Assembly (NCBI GenBank): GCA_039193795.1
Contig: JBCCWI010000009.1
Span: 1,462 to 65,461, forward strand
Source: Actinomycetota bacterium
Lineage (GTDB): Bacteria; Actinomycetota; Acidimicrobiia; Acidimicrobiales; Aldehydirespiratoraceae
Direction: 5' to 3'
DNA length: 64,000 nt
Under the pieces are notes generated by a model. It was not told the DNA's origin, did not search any database, and saw nothing but the letters and a program-made list of their open reading frames with translations. Below, in pieces: positions 26,318-34,883 of the stretch (the first letter of the stretch is position 1; every line of letters starts with the position of its first letter). The position numbers and the translations under genes are program-made.

Positions 26318-27253
26318 TCAGCCGGCGGCGCGCAGCCGTTCGAGCGTGTCGATCATCGTGGCGACGACGAGGTCGACCTTGTAGCCGGTCTCGGGAAGTG
26401 GGTTGGCGCCCTCGGCACAGGCTTCCGCCGCCGCTCGGATCGTCGCATCGTCGAGTGTCTGGCCGGTGAGCACCGCTTCGGCGGCGTCCATGCGCAATGG
26501 CACCGTGGCCACGCCGCCGAGCGCCAGTCGACACTCGGCGATCGTGTCTTCCTCGACGCGCGCCCTCGCCACCGCCTCGACCAGCGGCCACTCCGCCTCG
26601 AACCGAGAGATCGATCGGAAATAGGCGCCCCGCTCCCCCGACCAGCCGCCATCGACGTGCACGGCCGCGATGACCTCGCCGTGAGCGAGCTCGTTGGCCC
26701 GAGATCCGGCCGATCCATCACCCAGGACGGCATCGAGCGTGCGATGTGAGCCATCCGCCATCTCGATGGAGGTGTCGTAGCACCGCAGCGCCATCGCGAT
26801 CGTCGATGGATGCGGGTGCACACAGTCGGAGCGATCGAACACGACGCCGTAGAGGTGGCGACCGGTCCGAGCCGGGCACGCGTCACCCCCGGTCTTGAGG
26901 CAGTCGATGTCGGGGTGGCGGTAGTACCAGCAGCGGGAGTGCTGCGTGAGGTTGCCGGCGATCGTTCCCGTCGCCCGGATCTGGGGTGTGGCCAACGAAC
27001 CGGTCGAGATGGCGAGCGCCGGATGGCTCTCGCGGAGGTCGGCCGCGACGGTCGCCATGCGGGTGCCGCCGCCGATCCGGACGCCGGCGTCAGACCGGTC
27101 GATGCCGGCGAATCCCGCGATGGCGGTGAGGTCGACGATGGTGGGAGCGGCGTTGTGGGAGCGCAGCCGCTCCTGCAGGTCGGTACCGCCCGAGCGCATC
27201 ACAGCGCCCGCGGGCACCTCGATGTCGGCGTAGGAGTCGGGGAAGTGGATCAT
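26318..27253 (-). CDS. Mo-hydroxylase FAD-binding subunit
   Basis: 311 aa from ATG at 27253 (MIHFPDS...), with RSGGTDL and TIAGNL motifs. ATGA overlap with the upstream fused subunit gene. Confidence 0.85.
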   Translation of the reverse strand: MIHFPDSYADIEVPAGAVMRSGGTDLQERLRSHNAAPTIVDLTAIAGFAGIDRSDAGVRIGGGTRMATVAADLRESHPALAISTGSLATPQIRATGTIAGNLTQHSRCWYYRHPDIDCLKTGGDACPARTGRHLYGVVFDRSDCVHPHPSTIAMALRCYDTSIEMADGSHRTLDAVLGDGSAGSRANELAHGEVIAAVHVDGGWSGERGAYFRSISRFEAEWPLVEAVARARVEEDTIAECRLALGGVATVPLRMDAAEAVLTGQTLDDATIRAAAEACAEGANPLPETGYKVDLVVATMIDTLERLRAAG

Positions 27254-29841
27254 CGCAGACCCTCCAGAACGCGATCGGGCCGAATGGGCAGGTGGGTGGG
27301 GCGCCAACCGGTGGCGTTGAAGATGGCGTTGCCGACCGAGGCGGCCGGACTGATCGTGGCGACCTCGCCGAGCCCGACCCCGCCGCCGGGCACGTGTTCC
27401 CAGCCGTCGGTGTGGAAGTGGATGTCGATTTCGGGCGTGTCGCCGAGCTGGGGAATCCGGTAGTCCTCGAGGTTGCAGCTGAGGGTGAGGCCGGTGTGGG
27501 GATCGATCACCTGCTGCTCGTAGAGCGCCAGGCCGACGCCCTGGATGATCGAGCCTTCGCACTGGTTGCGGGCCGTGGCCAGCGAGTGGATTCGCCCGAC
27601 CGAGAGACCGCCGTGCACCGTCAGGACCCGCACCTTGCCGGTGAGCGTGTCGACCTCGACCTCACTGACGTGCAGGGCAGCCGAGAAGCCGCGGCCCACC
27701 CGAAGGCTGGTCGGCATCGTCATCGGCAGACCGCGGCGGTGGTCGGCCGCTCGCTGCACCCGGACGTGGACGCCGTCGTGTTCGGTGCCGGGCTGGCCAC
27801 CGACCTGCTCACGCAGCTTCTCGGCGGCAGCCACCGCCGTCGACCAGATCGACGGTGTCGTGCGAGACCCGCCCGACGCCGGACCGTGGGGGCGGGAGCC
27901 GTCGGCCACACCCATCCGCACGATGACCTCGGACGGGTCGATCTCGAAGACCTCGGCGACCGCCTTCGCCATCAGCGTCTTGGATCCGGTGCCCATGTCC
28001 TGGGTGGCGATGGACACGGCGAGGCGGCCGTCCTCGACCGCGACCTCGACCTCGGTGTTGGGGTCGAGCATGTACATCCAGTTGGCGGCGGCCACGCCGA
28101 CACCACGGCGGAAGCGACCCATGTCGTTCCCCACGGGCCGACGCGACGCCCAGAGGTCGAGCCCCTGGGCCCAGTCGTAGAGCGCCATGCGCTTGGGGTT
28201 GCGGTCGAGGCCGCGGCGGACGTCGATCGGGTCCCGGCCGAGTTGATGGGCCGCTTGGTCGACGGTGCTCTCGAGCGCCCACGCCGCGGTGGGTCCCCCC
28301 GGCCCGCGGAACGGGGCACCGGGCGGGGTGTTGGTGACGACGTCGACGTCGCGGGTCAGTTTCGGCGCCCTGCGGTAGGTGAGCGCAGCGATCATGCCGT
28401 AGACGCCGTTGATACCGGCACCAGCGTGGGCCTCGTCGTCCATGGTCAACGCCTGGTAGGAACCGTCGTCTCCGACGAGCAGGCTGACCTTGCTCGAGCT
28501 GCCAGGCCGGTTGCCGGTCGCGGTCAGCTCCTCTCGACGATCGAGCACCAGGCGGACCGGCCGTCGGGCCGCCTGCGAGAGCTCGATGGCGCCGTGCATG
28601 TCGGGGGTGAGTGCGAGCTTCGCGCCGAAGCCACCACCGACGAAGTCGGCGTTGAGCTCGACCGCGGCGGGGTCGAGCCCGTAGTGCTCGGCGAGTTCCT
28701 CATGGACGAGGTGCACGCCTTGGGTGCTCGTCCACACCCTGAGCTTCGCCGGATCCGACCAGTCGGCGACCGTGCAGTGCGGTTCGAAGGCGGTGTGCAT
28801 CTGCACGCCGGTGCCGAGGTGCAGCTCGGCGAGGCCGGCATCGCCCCGCTCGCGGGCTTTGGCGATGCGCCGCTCCGCGCTGAAGCCGCGGTAGCGCACC
28901 GTGATGGGGCCGCGGACGTTGCCGTTCCAGCGGGCGGGGAACGACGCACCCTCGGCGGCGTTGGGGGCGGCCTTCCTGGAGTCCCTGTCGGGGTAGACCG
29001 CGGGGGCACCCTCGGCCTTGGCCGACTCGGGGTCGGTCACGAATGGCTTCGGCGTCAGCTCGATCGGGAAGTCGGTGGCGAGACGTCGTGCCTCGGCGAG
29101 CGTCTCGGCGGCCACCGCGGCGATCGGCTGACCGGCGTAGACGACCGATCGATGCTCACCGAGGAGATCGACGACGAACGGCGCGGCGTCCATCGGGGTG
29201 GGCCCGACGTCGGCCGCCGCGATCGGCGAGCGCACGATCACCGCGTGGAGGCCGTTCTCGGGAAAGACGTCGGCGGTGTACACCGCTGCGCCGGTGACCT
29301 TGGCCTCGGCGTCGACCCGGGCGCTGGGGCCGGGTTCGTCGTGCTCGCCCCGGCACGCCGCAGCGACCGCCTTGTAGATGCCTTCGTAGGCGCCGCATCG
29401 GCAGAGGTTCCCGGCGAGCGCATCGGCGATGGCGTGGCGGTCGGGTTCGGTGTCGCCGTGCTCGGCCCGCCAGCGGTCCACGAACGCTGCGGCGGCGGTG
29501 ACGAATCCGGGCGTGCAGTAGCCGCACTGGAGACCGTCGTGGGCCATGAACGCCCGTTGGGCGGGGTGGAGGTCGGCGCCGTCGGCGAGGCCTTCGACCG
29601 TCGTGACCTCGGCATCGCGCATCGCCGTGGCCGGCGTGAGACAGCCGACGACCGGCGTCCCGTCGAGCTGCACGGTGCATGCACCGCAGACGCCACCGGC
29701 GCACACCAGCTTCGATCCGGTGAGCCCGAGCTGTTCGCGGATGACGTCGACGGCGGACTCGTGGCCCTCGACCGCGATCGTGCGGGACTCGCCATTGATC
29801 GTCACGGGGATGTCGACCGTCGTGGAGGTGGGGGTCGTCAC
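27250..29841 (-). CDS. Fused [2Fe-2S] small subunit plus molybdopterin large subunit of a xanthine dehydrogenase/aldehyde oxidase family enzyme
   Basis: N-terminal CAGGVCGACTV, CGYCTPGF and NLCRCGAY motifs, followed by the large-subunit domains (GGGFGAK, GAPFRGPGGP). GTG at 29841 is preceded by GGAAGAGG with a 6-nt spacer. Confidence 0.9.
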   Translation of the reverse strand: MTTPTSTTVDIPVTINGESRTIAVEGHESAVDVIREQLGLTGSKLVCAGGVCGACTVQLDGTPVVGCLTPATAMRDAEVTTVEGLADGADLHPAQRAFMAHDGLQCGYCTPGFVTAAAAFVDRWRAEHGDTEPDRHAIADALAGNLCRCGAYEGIYKAVAAACRGEHDEPGPSARVDAEAKVTGAAVYTADVFPENGLHAVIVRSPIAAADVGPTPMDAAPFVVDLLGEHRSVVYAGQPIAAVAAETLAEARRLATDFPIELTPKPFVTDPESAKAEGAPAVYPDRDSRKAAPNAAEGASFPARWNGNVRGPITVRYRGFSAERRIAKARERGDAGLAELHLGTGVQMHTAFEPHCTVADWSDPAKLRVWTSTQGVHLVHEELAEHYGLDPAAVELNADFVGGGFGAKLALTPDMHGAIELSQAARRPVRLVLDRREELTATGNRPGSSSKVSLLVGDDGSYQALTMDDEAHAGAGINGVYGMIAALTYRRAPKLTRDVDVVTNTPPGAPFRGPGGPTAAWALESTVDQAAHQLGRDPIDVRRGLDRNPKRMALYDWAQGLDLWASRRPVGNDMGRFRRGVGVAAANWMYMLDPNTEVEVAVEDGRLAVSIATQDMGTGSKTLMAKAVAEVFEIDPSEVIVRMGVADGSRPHGPASGGSRTTPSIWSTAVAAAEKLREQVGGQPGTEHDGVHVRVQRAADHRRGLPMTMPTSLRVGRGFSAALHVSEVEVDTLTGKVRVLTVHGGLSVGRIHSLATARNQCEGSIIQGVGLALYEQQVIDPHTGLTLSCNLEDYRIPQLGDTPEIDIHFHTDGWEHVPGGGVGLGEVATISPAASVGNAIFNATGWRPTHLPIRPDRVLEGLR

Positions 29842-29871
29842 GTCGTGCCTCTTCCAGAGTGTGCTGCGAAG

Positions 29872-29950
29872 CGGAGGATTTCCTCCGCACAACGATCACC
29901 ATAGTCGGGCGACCGGAGGATTTCCTCCGTTGATCGGAAGTTTTCTTCCG
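29872..29950. promoter_or_regulatory. Three phased 16-bp palindromic operator-like sites in a divergent promoter region
   Basis: CGGAGGATTTCCTCCG at 29872..29887 and again at 29914..29929, plus the degenerate CGGAAGTTTTCTTCCG at 29935..29950. Start-to-start spacing is 42 nt and 21 nt. The sites lie between the Mo-enzyme operon start (29841) and the TetR start (29981). Confidence 0.6.
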
Positions 29951-29980
29951 GTCGACGTCGATCTCGCTACGGTGGTCCCC

Positions 29981-30520
29981 GTGAGCACCCAGGCCGACGA
30001 GACGACTGATCGCATTCGCGCGGCCGCGCTCGCGCTCTTCGCGGAACGGGGCTACGGCAACACGACGATCGAGCACATCTCGACCGCCGCCGACGTCGGC
30101 GTCGCCACGATCTATCGGCGGTGGGCGGACAAGGCTGCCATCGCCAACGACTTGTACGGCCTCGGCCTCGACTCGATGGACGTCATCCTCGCCGAGCCGG
30201 AGCCAGGCGAACCGCGCGAGCAGTTCATCGAGATCTGGAACCGGGCATGGAGCTGGGCCACCGCGAACCGGGACATGTTCGCGTTCATCAACGCCAGCCT
30301 CGGGGCCCCGTGGCTGACGCCGGAGCTGGCGGCGCGCAAGGCGACGATGACCGAAGCCGAAGTCGGCACCTACTCCCGCTTCGAGATCGACGCAGCCCCG
30401 GACTTCGCCGCCGCACTCATCGGCGGCGCGCTGATGTCGATCCTCGCCATGGAGCCCGACGTCGAACCCGACGAGGTCGGCGCCCGCCTGTGGCGGGCCC
30501 TCAAACTCGACGCCGATTGA
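29981..30520 (+). CDS. TetR family transcriptional regulator
   Basis: GTG at 29981. The HTH reads IRAAALALFAERGYGNTTIEHISTAADVGVATIYRRW. Confidence 0.85.
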   Translation: MSTQADETTDRIRAAALALFAERGYGNTTIEHISTAADVGVATIYRRWADKAAIANDLYGLGLDSMDVILAEPEPGEPREQFIEIWNRAWSWATANRDMFAFINASLGAPWLTPELAARKATMTEAEVGTYSRFEIDAAPDFAAALIGGALMSILAMEPDVEPDEVGARLWRALKLDAD

Positions 30521-30530
30521 TCGACGCAGG

Positions 30531-31025
30531 TCAGGCGAAGTCTCCGGCCGAGGACCGCAACTCGAGGATGGCGTCGTCGACCGATCGGCGGCCGGCCCGA
30601 GTCAGCCCCGCCACCCCGAACTCGATCTCGGCCAACGCGACCGCCGCAGCCTCCACTCGGCGCCGGCCCACGGCGGTGAGCACGGCGAGCGTGGTTCGGC
30701 GATCCGTCGGGTGTGCCTTGCGGGCGACGAGCCCGTCCGCCTCGAGTCGGTTGACGGTGTTGGTGACCGAGGCGGGATGCACCTGCAGCCGATCTCCCAC
30801 CTTGCCGAGGGGCAGCTCGCCCTCCCGGGTGAACGACAGAAGCGCCAGCACCTCGAAGCGCGAGAAGTTCAGCCCGAGCGGCGCGAGCGCGGCGTCGATG
30901 CGGCCCGACAGGATCTGATGCGCTCGGGTGATCGAGGTCGCGGCCGTCATCGCATCGACCGCCGACCAGCCGGCCGCCCGCCAGTTGGTGGCGGCCTCGT
31001 CGATCGGGTCGAAGTCCAGCGACAT
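30531..31025 (-). CDS. MarR family transcriptional regulator
   Basis: ATG at 31025 (MSLDFDP...). Winged helix reads LNFSRFEVLALL...GKVGDRLQVHPASVTNTVNRLEADGLVARKAHPTDRR. Confidence 0.85.
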   Translation of the reverse strand: MSLDFDPIDEAATNWRAAGWSAVDAMTAATSITRAHQILSGRIDAALAPLGLNFSRFEVLALLSFTREGELPLGKVGDRLQVHPASVTNTVNRLEADGLVARKAHPTDRRTTLAVLTAVGRRRVEAAAVALAEIEFGVAGLTRAGRRSVDDAILELRSSAGDFA

Positions 31026-31045
31026 CGTGCAGTACCCTAGGGAGA

Positions 31046-31067
31046 AATACTTGGACGTCAAAGTATT
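31046..31067. promoter_or_regulatory. Candidate MarR operator (22-bp near-perfect palindrome)
   Basis: AATACTTGGACGTCAAAGTATT pairs at 10 of 11 positions. It sits in the 55-nt gap between the divergent MarR (31025) and mutase (31081) starts. Confidence 0.45.
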
Positions 31068-31080
31068 CGAGGATCTGCCC

Positions 31081-32709
31081 ATGAGCGACGACCGACAGGC
31101 CTGGCGAGATCAGTACGACGCGACCCGGCTTCGTGACGTGCCCTTCGAGACGATGTCGGGCGTGCCCGTCGACCCGGTCTACGGCGACGATCCGATGCCA
31201 GGCCAGTACCCGTACACCCGCGGTCTCCACGCCGCCGGCTACCGCTCACGCCTCTGGACGATGCGGATGTTCGCCGGCTTCGGTACCGCGGAGGACACCA
31301 ACGCCCGCTTCAAGGAGATCCTCCGCAACGGCGGCATGGGCCTCTCCACCGCCTTCGACATGCCGACGCTCATGGGCTACGACTCCGACTCGCCGTGGGC
31401 GATGGGCGAGGTCGGCCGTGCCGGGGTCGCGGTCGACACGCTGCGCGACATGGAGGACCTCTACGCCGACATCGACCTCGGCACCGTCTCCACCTCGATG
31501 ACGATCAACGGTCCGGCCGCCGCGCTCCTCGCGATGTACATCGCCGTGGGCGAGCAAGGCGGGGTCGCCAAGGCCGACCTGGCCGGGACGATCCAGAACG
31601 ACATCTTGAAGGAGTACCAGGCGCAGAAGGAGTACATCTATCCCCCGCGCCCGAGCATGCGCATCGTCACCGACATGATCCGCTACACCTCGGCCGAGAT
31701 GCCGAAGTGGCACCCGGTCTCGATCTCCGGGTACCACATCCGCGAGGCGGGCTCGACCGCGGCCCAGGAGCTCGCCTTCACCCTCGCCAACGGCTTCGCC
31801 TACGTCGAAGCCGCCCTCGCCGAAGGCCAGGACGTGAACCAGTTCGGTCGTCGCCTGTCGTTCTTCTTCAACGCCCACTCCGACTTCTTCGAAGAGATCG
31901 GCAAGTTCCGTGCCGCCCGCCGCATCTGGGCCCGCTGGATGAAGGAGCGCTACGGCGCCACCGACGAGCGGGCGATGATGTGCCGCTTCCACACTCAGAC
32001 CGCGGGCGTGTCGCTCACCGCCCAGCAGCCCGAGAACAACATCGCCCGCGTCGCGATCCAGGCGCTGTCGGCGGCGCTCGGCGGCACCCAGTCGCTGCAC
32101 ACCGATTCCTTCGACGAGGCACTCGCCCTCCCCACCGAGAAGGCCGCCCGCATCGCCCTACGCACCCAGCAGGTCGTCGCCCACGAGACCGGGGTCACCA
32201 ATGTGGCCGATCCCCTCGGCGGGGCCCCGTACGTCGAGTGGATGACCGACGAGATGGAACGCCAGGCCGAGGCCGTCTTCGCCCACCTCGACCAGCTCGG
32301 CGACGGCTCGATCCTCGAGGGGATCTACGCCGGAATCGAGAACGGCTACTTCGTCGGAGAGATCGCCGACGCCGCCTACCGCTTCGAGCGCGAGGTCAAC
32401 AACGACCGGCGCATCATCGTCGGCGTGAACGGCTACACCGACGGCAATGACGAGGACGAGACCAACCTGTTGCGCATCGACCACACCGTCGAGGAGCTCC
32501 AGCGAAAGCGTCTCGAAGCGGTGAAGCAGGAGCGCGACTCCTCCGCCGTCGATGCGTCGCTCGCCGCCATTCGCACCGCCGCCGAAGATCCGACCGTGAA
32601 CCTGATGCCGCCGATCATCGACGCGGTGAAGACCTACGCCACCGAGGAAGAGATCAGCAACGCGATGCGCGACGTGTTCGGCACCTATGTGGAACAGGCG
32701 ATCGTCTGA
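31081..32709 (+). CDS. B12-dependent acyl-CoA mutase large (substrate-binding) subunit, isobutyryl-CoA-mutase-like signature
   Basis: 542 aa from ATG at 31081, homologous throughout to the MCM catalytic TIM barrel (RLWTMRMFAGFGT, TIQNDILKEYQAQKEYIYPP, SISGYHIREAG). It lacks a B12 domain. Phe64 and Gln182 occupy the MutB Tyr89 and Arg207 positions. Confidence 0.85.
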   Translation: MSDDRQAWRDQYDATRLRDVPFETMSGVPVDPVYGDDPMPGQYPYTRGLHAAGYRSRLWTMRMFAGFGTAEDTNARFKEILRNGGMGLSTAFDMPTLMGYDSDSPWAMGEVGRAGVAVDTLRDMEDLYADIDLGTVSTSMTINGPAAALLAMYIAVGEQGGVAKADLAGTIQNDILKEYQAQKEYIYPPRPSMRIVTDMIRYTSAEMPKWHPVSISGYHIREAGSTAAQELAFTLANGFAYVEAALAEGQDVNQFGRRLSFFFNAHSDFFEEIGKFRAARRIWARWMKERYGATDERAMMCRFHTQTAGVSLTAQQPENNIARVAIQALSAALGGTQSLHTDSFDEALALPTEKAARIALRTQQVVAHETGVTNVADPLGGAPYVEWMTDEMERQAEAVFAHLDQLGDGSILEGIYAGIENGYFVGEIADAAYRFEREVNNDRRIIVGVNGYTDGNDEDETNLLRIDHTVEELQRKRLEAVKQERDSSAVDASLAAIRTAAEDPTVNLMPPIIDAVKTYATEEEISNAMRDVFGTYVEQAIV

Positions 32710-33125
32710 TGCCCGAATCCGACCCCACCGAGGCCGCCCACACCATCCGGGTCGTGCTGGCCAAACTCGGCCTCGACGGTCACGACCGTGGCATCAAGGT
32801 CGTCGCTCGGATCCTGCGCGACGCCGGCATGGAGGTCATCTACCTCGGTCTCCGGCAGACCACGGCGTCGATCGTCGCCGCGGCCGAGGAGGAGGACGCC
32901 GATGCGATCGGCTTGTCGATGCACAACGCCGGCCATCTCGCCCTCGCACCGGCCATGCTCGCCGCGCTCGACGAGGCCGACCTCGACATCCCGTTGATCA
33001 TCGGCGGGATCATCCCCGACGCCGACGTGCCGGTGCTGGAGCAGGCCGGGGTCGCCGCCATCCTCGGCCCGGGCGCGCCGGCCGAAGAGGTCGTCGCCTC
33101 GGTGCGGGCAGCCGTCGACGCGTGA
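32709..33125 (+). CDS. Acyl-CoA mutase small subunit (cobalamin-binding domain)
   Basis: 138 aa with a LGLDGHDRGIKVV (DxHxxG) B12-binding motif. TGATG overlap with the large subunit gene. Confidence 0.9.
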   Translation: MPESDPTEAAHTIRVVLAKLGLDGHDRGIKVVARILRDAGMEVIYLGLRQTTASIVAAAEEEDADAIGLSMHNAGHLALAPAMLAALDEADLDIPLIIGGIIPDADVPVLEQAGVAAILGPGAPAEEVVASVRAAVDA

Positions 33126-33137
33126 GCGACTGACCCC

Positions 33138-34082
33138 GTGAGCGTTCGCAAACTCGAACCCGCCGCACTCGTCGAGCGCGCCCTCACCGGCGATCGACGC
33201 GCCATCGGACGACTGCTCACCCTGATCGAGCGCGGCGGGGCGCCGGCCGACGAGATCACCGAACGCACCCACGCCGAGGCGCGGGGCGGGCACGTGGTGG
33301 GGATCACCGGCGCACCCGGGGCCGGCAAGTCGACCCTGACCGGCCAGCTGATCCGTCACCTCCCCACCCTGGGCCTGAGACCGGCCGTCCTCGCCGTCGA
33401 CCCGTCGTCGCCCCTGACCGGGGGCGCCATCCTCGGCGACCGCGTCCGGATGGACGACGTCGCCGGCGACGGTGGGTTCATCCGGTCGGTCGCGACCCGC
33501 GGTCATGCCGGCGGCCTGGCCCTCTCGGTGCCGGGTTCGGTCCGGGCCTTCGACGCCTGTGGGTTCGACCCGGTCCTGATCGAGACGGTCGGGGTCGGCC
33601 AGGTCGAGGTGGACGTCGCCGGGGCCGCCGACACGACGGTCGTCGTGGTCAACCCCGGCTGGGGTGACGCCGTGCAGGCCAACAAGGCCGGCCTGCTCGA
33701 GGTCGCCGACGTCTTCGTCATCAACAAAGCCGACCGCGACGGCGCCAACGACACCCGTCGCGACCTCGAACTCATGCTCGACCTCAGCCATGTCAGCGGC
33801 CACGAGGACGAGAGCGGTTATCGGCCTCCGATCCTGATGACCACCGCCACCGACGGCGCCGGCGTCGCGGCCATGTGGGACGCGATCGCCGCCCATCGAG
33901 ACCACCTCGACGCGACCGGCGGGCTCAGCGGCCGACGCACGCAGCGCTTCCGCTACGAGGTACGCAACCGCCTCGGCATGCGGATCGACGGGGCGATCGC
34001 CGACGCGACCGCCCGCATCGAGCCCGACGGCCGATCCCCCGCCGCCGTTGCCGCCGAGCTGGCGGGCCGTCTTCTGGCCTGA
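33138..34082 (+). CDS. meaB: Mutase-associated G3E GTPase (MeaB/ArgK family)
   Basis: 314 aa with a GITGAPGAGKST P-loop, ETVGVGQ and INKADRD motifs. Confidence 0.9.
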   Translation: MSVRKLEPAALVERALTGDRRAIGRLLTLIERGGAPADEITERTHAEARGGHVVGITGAPGAGKSTLTGQLIRHLPTLGLRPAVLAVDPSSPLTGGAILGDRVRMDDVAGDGGFIRSVATRGHAGGLALSVPGSVRAFDACGFDPVLIETVGVGQVEVDVAGAADTTVVVVNPGWGDAVQANKAGLLEVADVFVINKADRDGANDTRRDLELMLDLSHVSGHEDESGYRPPILMTTATDGAGVAAMWDAIAAHRDHLDATGGLSGRRTQRFRYEVRNRLGMRIDGAIADATARIEPDGRSPAAVAAELAGRLLA

Positions 34083-34086
34083 GCGG

Positions 34087-34114
34087 CATGGCCGCCGTAG
34101 GGTCGGCGGCCATG
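34087..34114 (+). other. 10-bp perfect inverted repeat (hairpin) covering the SDR start codon
   Basis: CATGGCCGCC (34087..34096), an 8-nt loop, then GGCGGCCATG (34105..34114). The 3' arm contains the ATG at 34112. Confidence 0.4.
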
Positions 34115-34849
34115 GGACAACTCGACGGCAAGGTCGCACTCATCACGGGCGGCGCACGGGGACAGGGGGCGGCCGAGGCCACCCGCTTCATCGACGAAGG
34201 CGCGACGGTGCGCATCACCGACGTGCTCCACGACGACGGCGGTGCGCTCGCCGACGAGCTCGGCGGGTCGGCCAGCTATCGGCCACTCGACGTCCGCAAC
34301 GCCGAGGAGTGGCAGACGGTCGTCGACGAGATCGTGGCCGAACACGGTCGACTCGACGTGCTGATCAACAACGCCGGCATCTTCGCGATCGGCGACATGG
34401 CCTCGACGACCGAGGACGACTGGCACCGCATGCTCGACGTCAACCAGACCGGCGTGTTCCTCGGCATGAAGACGGTCGCGCCGCAGATGAAGGCACAGGG
34501 CTCGGGCAGCATCGTGAACATCTCGTCGATCGCCGGCCTGCGCGGCACCGGCGCCGCGTTCGCCTACGGCGCCACCAAGTGGGCGGTGCGCGGCATGACC
34601 AAGTCAGCGGCCCAGGAGCTCGGCCCGTTCGGGGTGCGGGTCAACTCGATCCACCCCGGCATCATCGAGACCCCGATGCTCGAACTGCTCGGCGGCGATG
34701 GCGCCGCCCTCACCGAACGCACCCCGCTCGGCCGATCCGCCGACGCCGAGGAGGTCGCCAAGTTGGCGCTCTTCCTGGCCTCGGACGAGTCGAGCTACAG
34801 CACGGGCAGCGAGTTCGTCATCGACGGTGGCTGGACGGCGATGTCGTGA
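34112..34849 (+). CDS. SDR family oxidoreductase
   Basis: MGQLDGKVALITGGARGQG (TGxxxGxG), NNAG and a YGATK (YxxxK) motif. ATG at 34088 is an alternative start. Confidence 0.85.
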   Translation: MGQLDGKVALITGGARGQGAAEATRFIDEGATVRITDVLHDDGGALADELGGSASYRPLDVRNAEEWQTVVDEIVAEHGRLDVLINNAGIFAIGDMASTTEDDWHRMLDVNQTGVFLGMKTVAPQMKAQGSGSIVNISSIAGLRGTGAAFAYGATKWAVRGMTKSAAQELGPFGVRVNSIHPGIIETPMLELLGGDGAALTERTPLGRSADAEEVAKLALFLASDESSYSTGSEFVIDGGWTAMS

Positions 34850-34883
34850 CCGGCAGCGCCGTCGCCGAGACGAGGACCCGCTC

